A stretch of 64,000 nucleotides of DNA. It comes from a virus (Duplodnaviria > Caudoviricetes). Shown here piece after piece: positions 38,677 through 48,791 of this stretch. Position 1 is the first letter of the stretch. Every line of letters begins with the position of its first letter. A program made the position numbers and the translations under genes. The stretch covers positions 1 through 64,000 of IMG/VR virus record IMGVR_UViG_3300028048_000045, one strand, 5' to 3'. Under the pieces are notes generated by a model that was not told where the DNA came from, did no database searches, and saw only the letters and a program-made list of their open reading frames with translations.

Positions 38677-40641
38677 ATGGCTAATACATTTACTCAATTA
38701 TCTCGTGAAGATATTGCCAAAGTATATGAATCTCACAAGAAAGATCACGCTCAGTCTTACTACAAATCTCTCGAAAAGTATCAGCATGAACTTCAGAAGT
38801 ATGTAGGAGCACAGTCAGTGTTCGGAAAAGAAGGCTGGGGAAGAATCGTTGATGATGATAATCTCTTCAATAAAGCAAAGAGCTTGTCAGCTGAAATGTT
38901 CGCTGGTGACAAAGTACTCCAGGGTCGTTTCAACCGTCTTATGGATAACACTCGTGAAACAGTAGCTGCTGTTGATAAGGGTGGATTCGGTATGGAAGGT
39001 TGGGGTGGCGGTACAGCTGTATACGCATCTTCACAGGGTGGTTTTGCACTTGGTACAACACCATTCATTATTGGTGGTTGGCTTGCTTCTGCTCGTTCAG
39101 AAGAAATTTTCCAGCATATTGACAATAAGAACAATATGCGTCTTGAATTTGAATACAATATCGACTATGCACAGATCGGTGATCAGAAGTTCTTCTTCCC
39201 ACAGTGTTTCCGTGCTGGCGAAATCACAGGTTTCAACAAACTTCCACAGGTTGACTGGGTAACCCCTAATACAAACGCTGGAACATATACTGCTCCTGAA
39301 ACATGGTGTGGTGAAGATATGTTCATCCTTCTCAACGCTGCTGACGGTTCTGATACTGCAGGTGTTAAGGGTAACCTTCTCACTGTAGCTGGTAAGAACA
39401 AGATGAAGTATGGTATCGAACCAAACTATCAGCTTACAGCAATTAAGTTCCAGAATGGTTCTGCTGAAGGAGCTGAAGTTGTAACACGTCGTACAGAACT
39501 CCACTATTCTATTATGGTTGGACAGCCAAACGAACGCGATATGAAAGCTACATACACATTGAAAGATGTTGCTGGCTTCGACGAACCAATCGTTCTCCAG
39601 ATTTACATGCGTGTAAATATCGATAATGGTGATTTCATCCTCTTCGTAAAAGCTCCTACAGCTGACGCTCTTAAACTTATTAAGGGATTCAAGTTTGATG
39701 GTAAGATTTCTAACGAAGCTAACGAAATTACAGACATCCCAACAATGGGTGTTGATAAGTTCCAGTTCATTCGTGAATGTGAATACAGAAACTACTCAAA
39801 AGTTTCTCTCAACGAATATATGGCTGATAACTTCCGCATCGGTGGTAACAACAACATTTCTTATGCTGCTTATGCTACTGATAAGATGCTTCAGTACACA
39901 ATCGCTAACCGCGAACTCGAAGCTGAAGACTTCCTCATCAAGCAGGTTCTTGATGACGATGTAGATATCGATACTTTCGAACTTACAAGAAAGATGGGTG
40001 GATTCATCCAGAACAATCTTTCATTCGGAATTTCTAAGTTCACACCTGGTCTTGGATTGCAGGATTACAAGTTCGGTCTTAAGAACTACCTTAACAAGGT
40101 ACTCGCTATGGCTGATACTGATCTTAACATTCCTACATCAGTTAAACGTGAATGGATCCTTATGGGATACGACGCTGTTGTAACTGAATTCCCTGAAGTT
40201 AAGTTTGAAAACGCTGCTGTTAACCTCCAGGAACAGGCTGAAGGTTCTGCTGTTAATGAACACTATGGATTCGCTGTTGATACTAAGTGTGGATACATCG
40301 ATAGCCTTGGTCGTTCAGTACGTATTATCGGTAACGCTGATAAACGTTGGCAGGAACGTGGTCCTTCTGTATACGGTGCTCTCCGCACATACTCAATGGA
40401 ATATCCATTCCTCGTATACTATCAACATGCTATCCGTATGTTTACAGCTATCGATCCTGATATGCCTAACCGCACAGCTATCATTATTGGTGGTCGTGAA
40501 TTCCGTGGACACTTCGCTGCTGCAGCTATTAAGCTCACACTCGAAGGAGTTCTCGATAACGCAGGTATGCCAGTAAATAACTTCGATCAGCAGATGGACA
40601 ACTCTAAAGTTGGCTATGAATTCAAAACTATTAATGGCTAA
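38677..40641 (+). CDS. Major capsid protein (precursor)
   Basis: 654 aa; strongest codon bias in window; helicase-x-capsid synteny of phiKZ-like phages; N-terminal S/G-x-E sites; strong terminator at 40680-40710. Confidence 0.75.
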   Translation: MANTFTQLSREDIAKVYESHKKDHAQSYYKSLEKYQHELQKYVGAQSVFGKEGWGRIVDDDNLFNKAKSLSAEMFAGDKVLQGRFNRLMDNTRETVAAVDKGGFGMEGWGGGTAVYASSQGGFALGTTPFIIGGWLASARSEEIFQHIDNKNNMRLEFEYNIDYAQIGDQKFFFPQCFRAGEITGFNKLPQVDWVTPNTNAGTYTAPETWCGEDMFILLNAADGSDTAGVKGNLLTVAGKNKMKYGIEPNYQLTAIKFQNGSAEGAEVVTRRTELHYSIMVGQPNERDMKATYTLKDVAGFDEPIVLQIYMRVNIDNGDFILFVKAPTADALKLIKGFKFDGKISNEANEITDIPTMGVDKFQFIRECEYRNYSKVSLNEYMADNFRIGGNNNISYAAYATDKMLQYTIANRELEAEDFLIKQVLDDDVDIDTFELTRKMGGFIQNNLSFGISKFTPGLGLQDYKFGLKNYLNKVLAMADTDLNIPTSVKREWILMGYDAVVTEFPEVKFENAAVNLQEQAEGSAVNEHYGFAVDTKCGYIDSLGRSVRIIGNADKRWQERGPSVYGALRTYSMEYPFLVYYQHAIRMFTAIDPDMPNRTAIIIGGREFRGHFAAAAIKLTLEGVLDNAGMPVNNFDQQMDNSKVGYEFKTING

Positions 40642-40742
40642 TTAATGGTTTGAATTACTGATTTAAGTTTGTAAAATACATAAGTAGGTGGTTTCGGCCA
40701 CCTACTTATATTTTATCTCTTTTCAATTTGACACAATAATAT

Positions 40743-40898
40743 ATGGATACTATTAAAAACCCTAAAAATTCATCTTTACCTATAAATACATTTGATAAAC
40801 AAGTTAATGAAGCCAAAACTGGTTTTCATATTAAAATTATTCGTAAAGATGATAAAAATACTTCTAAGGAGAAGAAAGATAATGGAAACATTGATTAG
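40743..40898 (+). CDS. Possible leaderless small ORF (51 aa)
   Basis: ATG overlaps the promoter ACAataatATATG (40733-40745); MDTIKNPK...NGNID. Confidence 0.35.
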   Translation: MDTIKNPKNSSLPINTFDKQVNEAKTGFHIKIIRKDDKNTSKEKKDNGNID

Positions 40899-42948
40899 AA
40901 CACCAGATATGCCTGGTGTACATCAGATGGAAAATTCTGTTGCTTCTGAAGTTCATCCTTCAGACACATCAATTCCAAATGTTATTAGTTCATTCAAAGA
41001 CGGTGTCGATTATAATTATGATACTGGTACACTTCTTTATGTAAATCCTGAGATTTCTGCTAAAAAGCTTTATTTATCTTATAACGATTTCACAGATGCT
41101 GTTAATAGATGTATAGAAGCTGGAGCTGGAATTATTTGGGATGCTTATCAGAAATTTGTCAAACTCAAGTCTGCAAATCCTGATAAATATAAAGAAGCTA
41201 TTGAAGAAATGGTAAAGATTAATGAAAATTCATTATATTCGCCATTTGCAACATCATTGAACAATCTTACTGATAATAAGAAAGTTAAAGAAGAATTGGT
41301 TAATGAGTATAATAAAACTAATGGAATCGGAACTATTGATAATCCAGAAGATGAAGTATGTTTTAGAAAATTTATCATAAATATTCTTCATGATAATCAC
41401 AATAGTGATATTCCGGCTATTTTAAATAAAAATGAATATTTTGATGAAATAGCTAAGTTAAGATTTGGTCTTCAAAATATTAAATCTAATTTCAGATTTG
41501 ATGTTGAAAACTGTATAGAATATACAGCTCATAGATCAGATTGTTTTTATTCTACAAGTAATCTTAGTTCTATAGCTTTCAAAGTTAAGCCATTTATTGA
41601 AAGAATTTCGCTTACCGTCGGATCATCAATTTACGATTCTATTCCAGTCGTAAATTATAGAGTATGCTTAGACATGCATAAAATAATTAGCTGGTTGATG
41701 AATAATTGTAAACTTCCTGATGAGTTACCTGAATTCTTAGATTCTGGCGAAACTGTTAGAGACGAATATATTCGTTCTGTATTGGGTGAATATGTAAACT
41801 TCGGTGAAAAGATTGCTAGACGTATTGTTATGGAAATTTATGATATGTCTTACAATATTTCTGGAAACTGGAGACGTTTCTTACAAAAATTCATTGGTTC
41901 ATATAATAAACTTCTAGTATCAAACCCTGATACAATGAATCTCGTAACTAAAGTAAATTACTTTGCTAATTTCTCAGAATCTCATATTGATCCTAGAATG
42001 GCTAAAGAAACAGATTCAATGAATCATGAAACATTTGAAAATATTTTCAAATACATAAATAAAGATTACGATACATATGACGATCAATTTATCAATCAAA
42101 TGTTTACAGCTATATCAGATTATAGCGATTCTAATAAAGAAGAGTTTATTTTACATCAAGCGTCTATCTTATTTAGAAAAACATTTACAGTTTTCTTTGA
42201 AAACGCTATTTTGATAAATTTCTATAGAAAATATGATAGTACTGGACATTATTCTAAATCAATAGAAATGGGTTCATATACTCGTGAATTCTATAGACCA
42301 TATGATTTTGGCGATCTGTTAAGAAAGGCTTCATCTATTTCAGATTACAATATTCGTGATTTTATTCAGACAATTATTTCAGAATTTAAATCATGTAAAA
42401 ACAGTATTTATGATCCTGGAAAACTTGCAAATGGCGAATATATGTTCTTCATGTACAGCAAGTTATCAAGAAAACTTTGGATGGAATTATCTAATTTATT
42501 GATTCTTACATCTAAGTTAATTGGTATGATGGAACAGACTAAACCAGTAAGAGATTCAGATATTAAATTACATAATAAAGTAAGTAAAACTGTAGATGAT
42601 TTTGCAGAATTTGTTTACGGAACTCTTGTAAATATGATTTCTGAAGCTAGATATGTTCCTAATCAATTTACTGTTGGTTTCAGAGCTTGGAAATTTGATC
42701 TCCCACATTTGACAAAAATTCTTAAATATTGTTCAAATTATGCTAAACCTGTTGTATCTAGAGATTCACATAAAATTGATCAACTTGTTAGAGACGTATT
42801 AAAACAACCTGAAAATAAATCACCTAATAATATAGTTGATGATGGTTTCGTAGTTTCTTACAATGTCAGTGATCGTGATAAATATGATCTCAAACATAAC
42901 TTTGTTATGGGATTACAGCGTCGTGGTTTAGTTAGCTTAGATTTTTAA
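40882..42948 (+). CDS. Large hypothetical (probably virion) protein
   Basis: Start METLIR behind AAGGAG; late-type promoter. Confidence 0.7.
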   Translation: METLIRTPDMPGVHQMENSVASEVHPSDTSIPNVISSFKDGVDYNYDTGTLLYVNPEISAKKLYLSYNDFTDAVNRCIEAGAGIIWDAYQKFVKLKSANPDKYKEAIEEMVKINENSLYSPFATSLNNLTDNKKVKEELVNEYNKTNGIGTIDNPEDEVCFRKFIINILHDNHNSDIPAILNKNEYFDEIAKLRFGLQNIKSNFRFDVENCIEYTAHRSDCFYSTSNLSSIAFKVKPFIERISLTVGSSIYDSIPVVNYRVCLDMHKIISWLMNNCKLPDELPEFLDSGETVRDEYIRSVLGEYVNFGEKIARRIVMEIYDMSYNISGNWRRFLQKFIGSYNKLLVSNPDTMNLVTKVNYFANFSESHIDPRMAKETDSMNHETFENIFKYINKDYDTYDDQFINQMFTAISDYSDSNKEEFILHQASILFRKTFTVFFENAILINFYRKYDSTGHYSKSIEMGSYTREFYRPYDFGDLLRKASSISDYNIRDFIQTIISEFKSCKNSIYDPGKLANGEYMFFMYSKLSRKLWMELSNLLILTSKLIGMMEQTKPVRDSDIKLHNKVSKTVDDFAEFVYGTLVNMISEARYVPNQFTVGFRAWKFDLPHLTKILKYCSNYAKPVVSRDSHKIDQLVRDVLKQPENKSPNNIVDDGFVVSYNVSDRDKYDLKHNFVMGLQRRGLVSLDF

Positions 42949-43081
42949 AACGTATTCTTACTCTCTCAGTTTGAGAGTTAAACAATAATTACTTTTATAT
43001 ATTGTTTATTTGAATGATTGGCAGGATTTAAAAATCCTTTTCGATTATCCAAAGTGTAATCTTAATATAGGAGGTAAGGAT

Positions 43082-43255
43082 ATGTTGAAGAAGATCTTGG
43101 CTAAAATTCGCGAATGTTTTACAATCGAAATTGTTCCTTTAAGAAGAACTATTGAGACTATAACATTTACCGGATCTAGCTCGTCACAATCATCAATGGA
43201 TAATCTGAAAGTACGTAACTTCTCTTTCTCGAGTATTTACTCGAGTTGTCAGTAA
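43082..43255 (+). CDS. Small hypothetical protein
   Basis: Start MLKKIL behind AGGAGG. Confidence 0.55.
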   Translation: MLKKILAKIRECFTIEIVPLRRTIETITFTGSSSSQSSMDNLKVRNFSFSSIYSSCQ

Positions 43256-43283
43256 TTAGAGAACGTATTCGGAAACATAGACT

Positions 43284-43787
43284 ATGACATTAGATTTGTG
43301 GAACGAGAATAAAAATTTCAACGATGCTTACAATGAATGTGATAAGATTAATCGTATGATAAGAGATTTTGAAAATAGTGGACGTACAATGTCTGGTATG
43401 ATAATCAAAGATGGCGATTATCGAAGAAACGATTCTATTAATCCATTTGCAAATAGATTACCTAGTATAAATAAAACTGAAACTACTAATAAACAGAAAA
43501 AATCTGGAAAGTTACAAAAACTTAAAGGTGTTCTTGCAGTTGGTGGTGTTATAGGTTTAAGTTATGTCGGGTATAAATTTATCTTCAAACCTTTGAAAAA
43601 AGAGTATGATAATTTGATGGATAATATTATCGTTAAGTGTGAATCTGAAAAACCGTTAGATGGTAGAATACGTGTTATGACTCCTTTAGAAAGGAAAGCG
43701 TATGATCATAAATATGGAAAAGAAACACTTATATTAACCGGTACTGAATATGTTGTTCATGACGATAAAAATTCTACAAACGATTAA
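43284..43787 (+). CDS. Hypothetical membrane-anchored protein
   Basis: One hydrophobic segment (VLAVGGVIGLSYVGY). Confidence 0.7.
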   Translation: MTLDLWNENKNFNDAYNECDKINRMIRDFENSGRTMSGMIIKDGDYRRNDSINPFANRLPSINKTETTNKQKKSGKLQKLKGVLAVGGVIGLSYVGYKFIFKPLKKEYDNLMDNIIVKCESEKPLDGRIRVMTPLERKAYDHKYGKETLILTGTEYVVHDDKNSTND

Positions 43788-43851
43788 TTCAACTATTGGA
43801 ATTTAAGAGACCCCTTGTTAAGGGGTCTCTTTTTATATTCATGGAGGAAAG

Positions 43852-44085
43852 ATGGGAATTTCTAATTGCAGATTAATAACAACACATCAAGTAGTTAAAG
43901 AAGATACGGTTGAATATCAAAGTGATATACCTCCAGGAGGTTATCAAGACGAAGAAGAATCACATAAAATTGATTTTGAAATCAATAAAACTAAACCGTG
44001 TTATTTATGTTCACATGACAATAATAAAGATAATACTTGTATATATTGTGATATAGAACACAGATGTTGGTCTAAAAAGGCATAA
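43852..44085 (+). CDS. Small Cys-rich protein
   Basis: CYLC...CIYC...C; GGAGG RBS. Confidence 0.7.
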   Translation: MGISNCRLITTHQVVKEDTVEYQSDIPPGGYQDEEESHKIDFEINKTKPCYLCSHDNNKDNTCIYCDIEHRCWSKKA

Positions 44086-44141
44086 TTAAAAAGGAGAATT
44101 ATCTCCTTTTAAATTTTATATTTATAGGGGTTTAAATTTTT

Positions 44142-45044
44142 ATGGAAAATTCAACAATCGTATTGTTTATTAAATTCTTTGAAGGGTGTATAATTTCAAA
44201 AAGAATGAATAGAGCTAAAAAATGGTTATCATTTATTACAGTTTTATTATATGTGATATTCTGTGGAATTTTTACAAATGTTACTATAGGTTTAGATGGT
44301 AAAAATGTATCAAATTCGATTATAACATGTGTGACTATTTTATATTGTGCGTTGATAATAATGGTTATGTATTTTCGAGGATCTATAGTTAGTATTTTCT
44401 TATTTCAAAATGAATATTTCTTAATGAATGTTATTAAAGAATATTTGGGAAAAATATTCAGAGATATTTATCTAACAGATATTAAAGAGGAAAAAATATT
44501 AAATCATATAACAACGTTATCTTATTATATAGCTAATTTATATGATTTACAACGCATAAAGTCACAGAATAATTTCATTTTCTCTAATAAAAAATCTTTA
44601 TTAGCTTGTGAAGAATTTTTATATTTTCTTAATGTGAAATTAAAAGTTGATGCATTTACAGCTCATTATTCATTATCTGATTTGAATTCCAATCAAATCT
44701 CTTATATAATTTATGAAATATTTAAACTAGAATATGAGTCAAATAAAAATAAAATAGATGATAGAATGTTTGAATCTTTAAATAGATTTTTAAACAGTGA
44801 TATTGGTAAAGATTTTGTTAAAAATCATATTATATATAAATCTAATACTTTCGATGATTATCGTAGTGATGAATGGTCAGAATATAATAAACTAGATTTA
44901 CCAGTAATAAATCAAACACCGTTTTACCGAAGACATATTGATGATAAAAATAAACAATCTTACAATAAAAGAAAAAATTTGAAAACGAAAGTAGTATCTG
45001 AGAAAAATGAAAAATCTTATTTATCTTGGATGGATAAACTTTAA
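44142..45044 (+). CDS. Membrane protein with two N-terminal TM helices
   Basis: WLSFITVLLYVIFCGIF and IITCVTILYCALIIMVMYF. Confidence 0.7.
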   Translation: MENSTIVLFIKFFEGCIISKRMNRAKKWLSFITVLLYVIFCGIFTNVTIGLDGKNVSNSIITCVTILYCALIIMVMYFRGSIVSIFLFQNEYFLMNVIKEYLGKIFRDIYLTDIKEEKILNHITTLSYYIANLYDLQRIKSQNNFIFSNKKSLLACEEFLYFLNVKLKVDAFTAHYSLSDLNSNQISYIIYEIFKLEYESNKNKIDDRMFESLNRFLNSDIGKDFVKNHIIYKSNTFDDYRSDEWSEYNKLDLPVINQTPFYRRHIDDKNKQSYNKRKNLKTKVVSEKNEKSYLSWMDKL

Positions 45045-45081
45045 TTAATGAAAAGAGGAAGTGTATCTTCCTCTTTTTTTT

Positions 45082-45091
45082 TATATATTAT
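45082..45091 (+). promoter_or_regulatory. Early-type promoter
   Basis: TATATATTAT directly after the terminator at 45050-45081. Confidence 0.65.
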
Positions 45092-45110
45092 ATTACTGGA
45101 GGTATAAGTT

Positions 45111-45467
45111 ATGTATCATAAACTTAAAATATTAATCACTAATAATTCTGGAAATAAATTTTTACCAATATTTAAATCGATGAAATATGATAATGTGCTC
45201 GTATTCGATTTTGATTTGGAGAAAAACGAAAATCTGGAACTGGTGAAAAAAATTAGAAACTTTATGGAATCCAATAAAGATTTAATATTTAATAAAACTT
45301 CATTTGTGGTAGATATTTTCTTAGACAACGATGTTAAAACATTAGTATTATTAAAATATCTAAATTTATACAAAGAAGATTTTGTTAATGCGGAAAATAA
45401 ACTTAACATGAAGCCATTGACATATGTTATGTTTCATCCAGTATTAAAAAAGTTTATGAATAAATGA
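45111..45467 (+). CDS. Hypothetical early protein
   Basis: 118 aa; GGAGG RBS. Confidence 0.7.
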   Translation: MYHKLKILITNNSGNKFLPIFKSMKYDNVLVFDFDLEKNENLELVKKIRNFMESNKDLIFNKTSFVVDIFLDNDVKTLVLLKYLNLYKEDFVNAENKLNMKPLTYVMFHPVLKKFMNK

Positions 45468-45481
45468 TTGGGGGTAAGATA

Positions 45482-46120
45482 ATGGATTGGGCAAAAATTG
45501 TTGGTGATCTTAAAGCTAGAGCACTTTCAACAACTTATGAAGGTGAAAGAAAACTTTGTCTTAAAAAGATAGATGAAATTTTACTTAAATATAATGTTGA
45601 GCAAAACGCAAAAGCTTCTAAGAAAGAATTCATCACGAAAATACCTATTAAACGATTAAGAGAGATATTTTTGGAAACTTATTTACCATGGTATCTTGAA
45701 GAAAATATCGTAAAAAATGATGAAACTATTTACTTTGGTTTCACAACTTATTGTTTAGAATTAATTGCAAAAGAAAAGATAACAAATGTAAACGTTGGTT
45801 CATCAAAAAAATATCTTAAACATATGAGAGATATTGGTGAATGGGCATTGGATGAAAGAGAATTTATCAAATCTATGTCGAGAGTTTTACAATCTTTCTA
45901 TCAATGGCATTATTTTATTGAAATTGATATTCCATTTGCAATTTGGTGTTTACCAGATTACATTGTAATAGATAAATGCAATTGTAATAAAGCAAAAATT
46001 GTAGAATTTCTTAAGAATGAATTCGAAAATCGTAAAAGAGAATTTCTTAGAAATCTTAATAGTGGGTATTATGATCGTGACATTCGAGAATTGTTTGATC
46101 CTAAATTATTAACTGCTTAA
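45482..46120 (+). CDS. Protein with DUF2786-like N-terminal helix pair
   Basis: KIVGDLKARALSTTYEGERKLCLKKIDEILLKYNV. Confidence 0.55.
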   Translation: MDWAKIVGDLKARALSTTYEGERKLCLKKIDEILLKYNVEQNAKASKKEFITKIPIKRLREIFLETYLPWYLEENIVKNDETIYFGFTTYCLELIAKEKITNVNVGSSKKYLKHMRDIGEWALDEREFIKSMSRVLQSFYQWHYFIEIDIPFAIWCLPDYIVIDKCNCNKAKIVEFLKNEFENRKREFLRNLNSGYYDRDIRELFDPKLLTA

Positions 46121-46158
46121 AACTGAAAGAGAGGATATAAATCCTCTCTTTTTTTCTT

Positions 46159-46168
46159 TATATATTAT
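46159..46168 (+). promoter_or_regulatory. Early-type promoter
   Basis: TATATATTAT directly after the terminator at 46126-46155. Confidence 0.65.
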
Positions 46169-46224
46169 AATAATGTAAAGAATTTGTATGAGTTCTTGAT
46201 ATTATAATTTTAAGGAGAAATACT

Positions 46225-46539
46225 ATGAGTATTTTGGAAACAATTTCAAATGAACGTGAAAAAACACGTAAAGCATATTTAGACGCTGTTACATCCGGTC
46301 AGATGAGTCCAGAACTTTGTGCTCAATTATTACAAAATTCAGATACAGAATTTTATAAAATTAGTGAAAAAATTTGTCATGAAGATATGGAAAAATATTA
46401 CAGTTTGGTAAATAGATGTTTGGATGTTTGTTCACGGCCTAAAACATTTATGGAATCACTAGGTTCAGTTGCCGATTCTTTTGTAAGAGGTGCAGAACTC
46501 TTACAACAGCAGCCCGATTCAACTCAGCCAACAAATTAA
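46225..46539 (+). CDS. Hypothetical early protein
   Basis: 104 aa; AAGGAG RBS. Confidence 0.7.
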   Translation: MSILETISNEREKTRKAYLDAVTSGQMSPELCAQLLQNSDTEFYKISEKICHEDMEKYYSLVNRCLDVCSRPKTFMESLGSVADSFVRGAELLQQQPDSTQPTN

Positions 46540-46594
46540 AGTTTGTTGAATAAAGAAAGAAGGAATAAATCCTTCTTTCTTTTTTTATTTTTTC

Positions 46595-46607
46595 ACATTT
46601 AAATATA
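46595..46607 (+). promoter_or_regulatory. Late-type promoter overlapping terminase start codon
   Basis: ACAtttaaATATATG. Confidence 0.7.
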
Positions 46608-48781
46608 TGATACATTCAGATACAACTAATAAAAGTTTTCTTAAAATGCATTATATTTTGAAGAATATGGGTATTTCTAATAATACTTTCTTTCTTCAAT
46701 TATATGATGAAACGTTACACGACATAGACCCTCTGGATGAAGATCATTTAACTCCTGAACAAAAATTAAGAGTTCATTTGGAGATCCAGAAAAATCCATG
46801 GTACTATTTCCGTGAAATTGTTAAAATCCCTATGACTGATAGTAAGCTCGATTTTGAATTAACTCGAGCTACTCTTGCTATACTTTGGTCTCTTATAAAC
46901 GATTTACATAGTTACGTAGTAATTCCTCGTCAGTGTTACAAATCTTATACTGTAGCTTGTTTTTATTCCTGGTTAATTTATTGGGGAGCTAAAAACTTTA
47001 CAGCTGCTTTTTTTGCACAGAACGATGGACTTGTAACACAGAATCTTACTCGTGTTAAAGATATTCGTGAATCACTTCCTAGCTATTTAAATCTAAAATC
47101 TAATGCAGATACCGATAATCAACATAGTATTGTTTACCGTGCTGGAGATTTCACTAACACTGTTATAACCCGTGCCCCTGGTATGAATGAAGATGCTGCC
47201 AATAACGTTGGTCGTGGTGCTTCTACAATGGGTCAGTGGTACGATGAGTTTGCATTTATTCCTTATATTTGGGTTCAATATGGTGCTGCTATTCCTGCTT
47301 ATTCAACAGTTGCTAAAGCTGCTGAAAGAAATGGTTCACATCATCATATCATTATTACTACAACAGCTGGTAATAAAAAATCTAAAACTGGTGCTTGGGC
47401 TCATGAATTCTTACAAAACTGTGCACCTTTTACAGAATTACTTTATGATAAGTGCGATTTTGATGAATTTGGTAATCCTATAAGAGTAAATACAGATGAA
47501 GTAAAAGATTATATTAAAAACAATAATACCGGACAGCAATTCTTAAGAATAGAATATCAATGGTATGAATTGTCTAAACCAATGAATTATCTTGATGAGA
47601 TGAAGGCTCTTATGCCTGGTCTCGATGAGTTTAATCGTGGTGTATTGAATATCTGGTCAGATTCTAATGCGGATCATCCATTAGGACAAGAACGTGTACA
47701 AGCTCTTGAAGAGATGGCTATCGATCCTATGAAAATCATCATGGTTGATAAAATTTATGTTACTAAATTTTATCGCGATCCTACTCTTTGTAGATCACAA
47801 TCACAACATATTGTATTTGGTATGGACTGTGGTGGAAATACAAGACGAGACTATTCAACACTTGTTGGTGTAGATGTTTGTAACTCTGAAGTAGTATTTA
47901 CTATGCGAGTTAACCAATATTCTATTAATCGTTTTGCAAGAGCTGTAGCATACATTTTACTTTATATGTTCCCTAAATCTATACTTGTTGGAGAACGTAA
48001 CTTCGTAGGTGTACCAGTTCTTGAAACTATTGCTGAATTAATTGGAACTACTCGAATTTATAAAGATAAAGATGAACAGTTAGGTGTTTCAATGGTTCAC
48101 CATTTACGTGAAATTATGTATGGTGATGTATTGCGTGTTTCAGTAATTGAGCAAGGCCATATGATTCATGATCATACTATTACTGATGAAATTGCAGGAT
48201 TAATTACCACTAAAGATGGACGTATTGACCATAAACAGTCTGGTGGACACGATGATACATTGATTGCTTATCTATATTGTAGATGGTTCATAATGTTCTG
48301 TAAAACAAAGGGTAGATATATTGATTCTGTATTCTTTAACTCAACTCTTACTAAAATAGATATGAGTAGTGAACAAGCTGCTTATGATTATGTAATGGGT
48401 AATAAAGGAGCTGCTATGACTCTTAATGAAAGTTATAAACAACGTGATAAATCTAATGATTTTATTAGACAACAATTGAAAGCTGCTATGGATGGAGCTT
48501 TATCAAATCAGAATAATGACGAAATGTTGATGAATGATAGAGAATCATTTATTGATGTTTATGATGATTCACCAAGAATTGATCGTAATGAAATCGATGT
48601 TGATACTATCGCTGAAGATCATATGGAAGATCATCATGAATATTCTGAAAATCTTGATAAAGATGACCCAGATAAAATCGCAGCTAAAACTGAAGAACAA
48701 CGCGACACATCAAACGATCCAGTTAATATGTTTACTTTTAATTTTAAAGTAGATAATAACTTTTTCAAATCCAAATTCTAA
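46607..48781 (+). CDS. terL: Terminase large subunit
   Basis: NPWYYFREIVKIP, PRQCYKS (Walker A), WYDEFAF (Walker B), ITTT, nuclease FGMDCGG and GHDD; upstream of sheath/tube. Confidence 0.9.
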   Translation: MIHSDTTNKSFLKMHYILKNMGISNNTFFLQLYDETLHDIDPLDEDHLTPEQKLRVHLEIQKNPWYYFREIVKIPMTDSKLDFELTRATLAILWSLINDLHSYVVIPRQCYKSYTVACFYSWLIYWGAKNFTAAFFAQNDGLVTQNLTRVKDIRESLPSYLNLKSNADTDNQHSIVYRAGDFTNTVITRAPGMNEDAANNVGRGASTMGQWYDEFAFIPYIWVQYGAAIPAYSTVAKAAERNGSHHHIIITTTAGNKKSKTGAWAHEFLQNCAPFTELLYDKCDFDEFGNPIRVNTDEVKDYIKNNNTGQQFLRIEYQWYELSKPMNYLDEMKALMPGLDEFNRGVLNIWSDSNADHPLGQERVQALEEMAIDPMKIIMVDKIYVTKFYRDPTLCRSQSQHIVFGMDCGGNTRRDYSTLVGVDVCNSEVVFTMRVNQYSINRFARAVAYILLYMFPKSILVGERNFVGVPVLETIAELIGTTRIYKDKDEQLGVSMVHHLREIMYGDVLRVSVIEQGHMIHDHTITDEIAGLITTKDGRIDHKQSGGHDDTLIAYLYCRWFIMFCKTKGRYIDSVFFNSTLTKIDMSSEQAAYDYVMGNKGAAMTLNESYKQRDKSNDFIRQQLKAAMDGALSNQNNDEMLMNDRESFIDVYDDSPRIDRNEIDVDTIAEDHMEDHHEYSENLDKDDPDKIAAKTEEQRDTSNDPVNMFTFNFKVDNNFFKSKF

Positions 48782-48791
48782 GGAGAAAAAA

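Noticed and set aside
38793-40576. Multiple short alternative-frame ORFs inside capsid, sheath and tube genes
   Set aside because: Expected by-products of strong codon bias in highly expressed genes.
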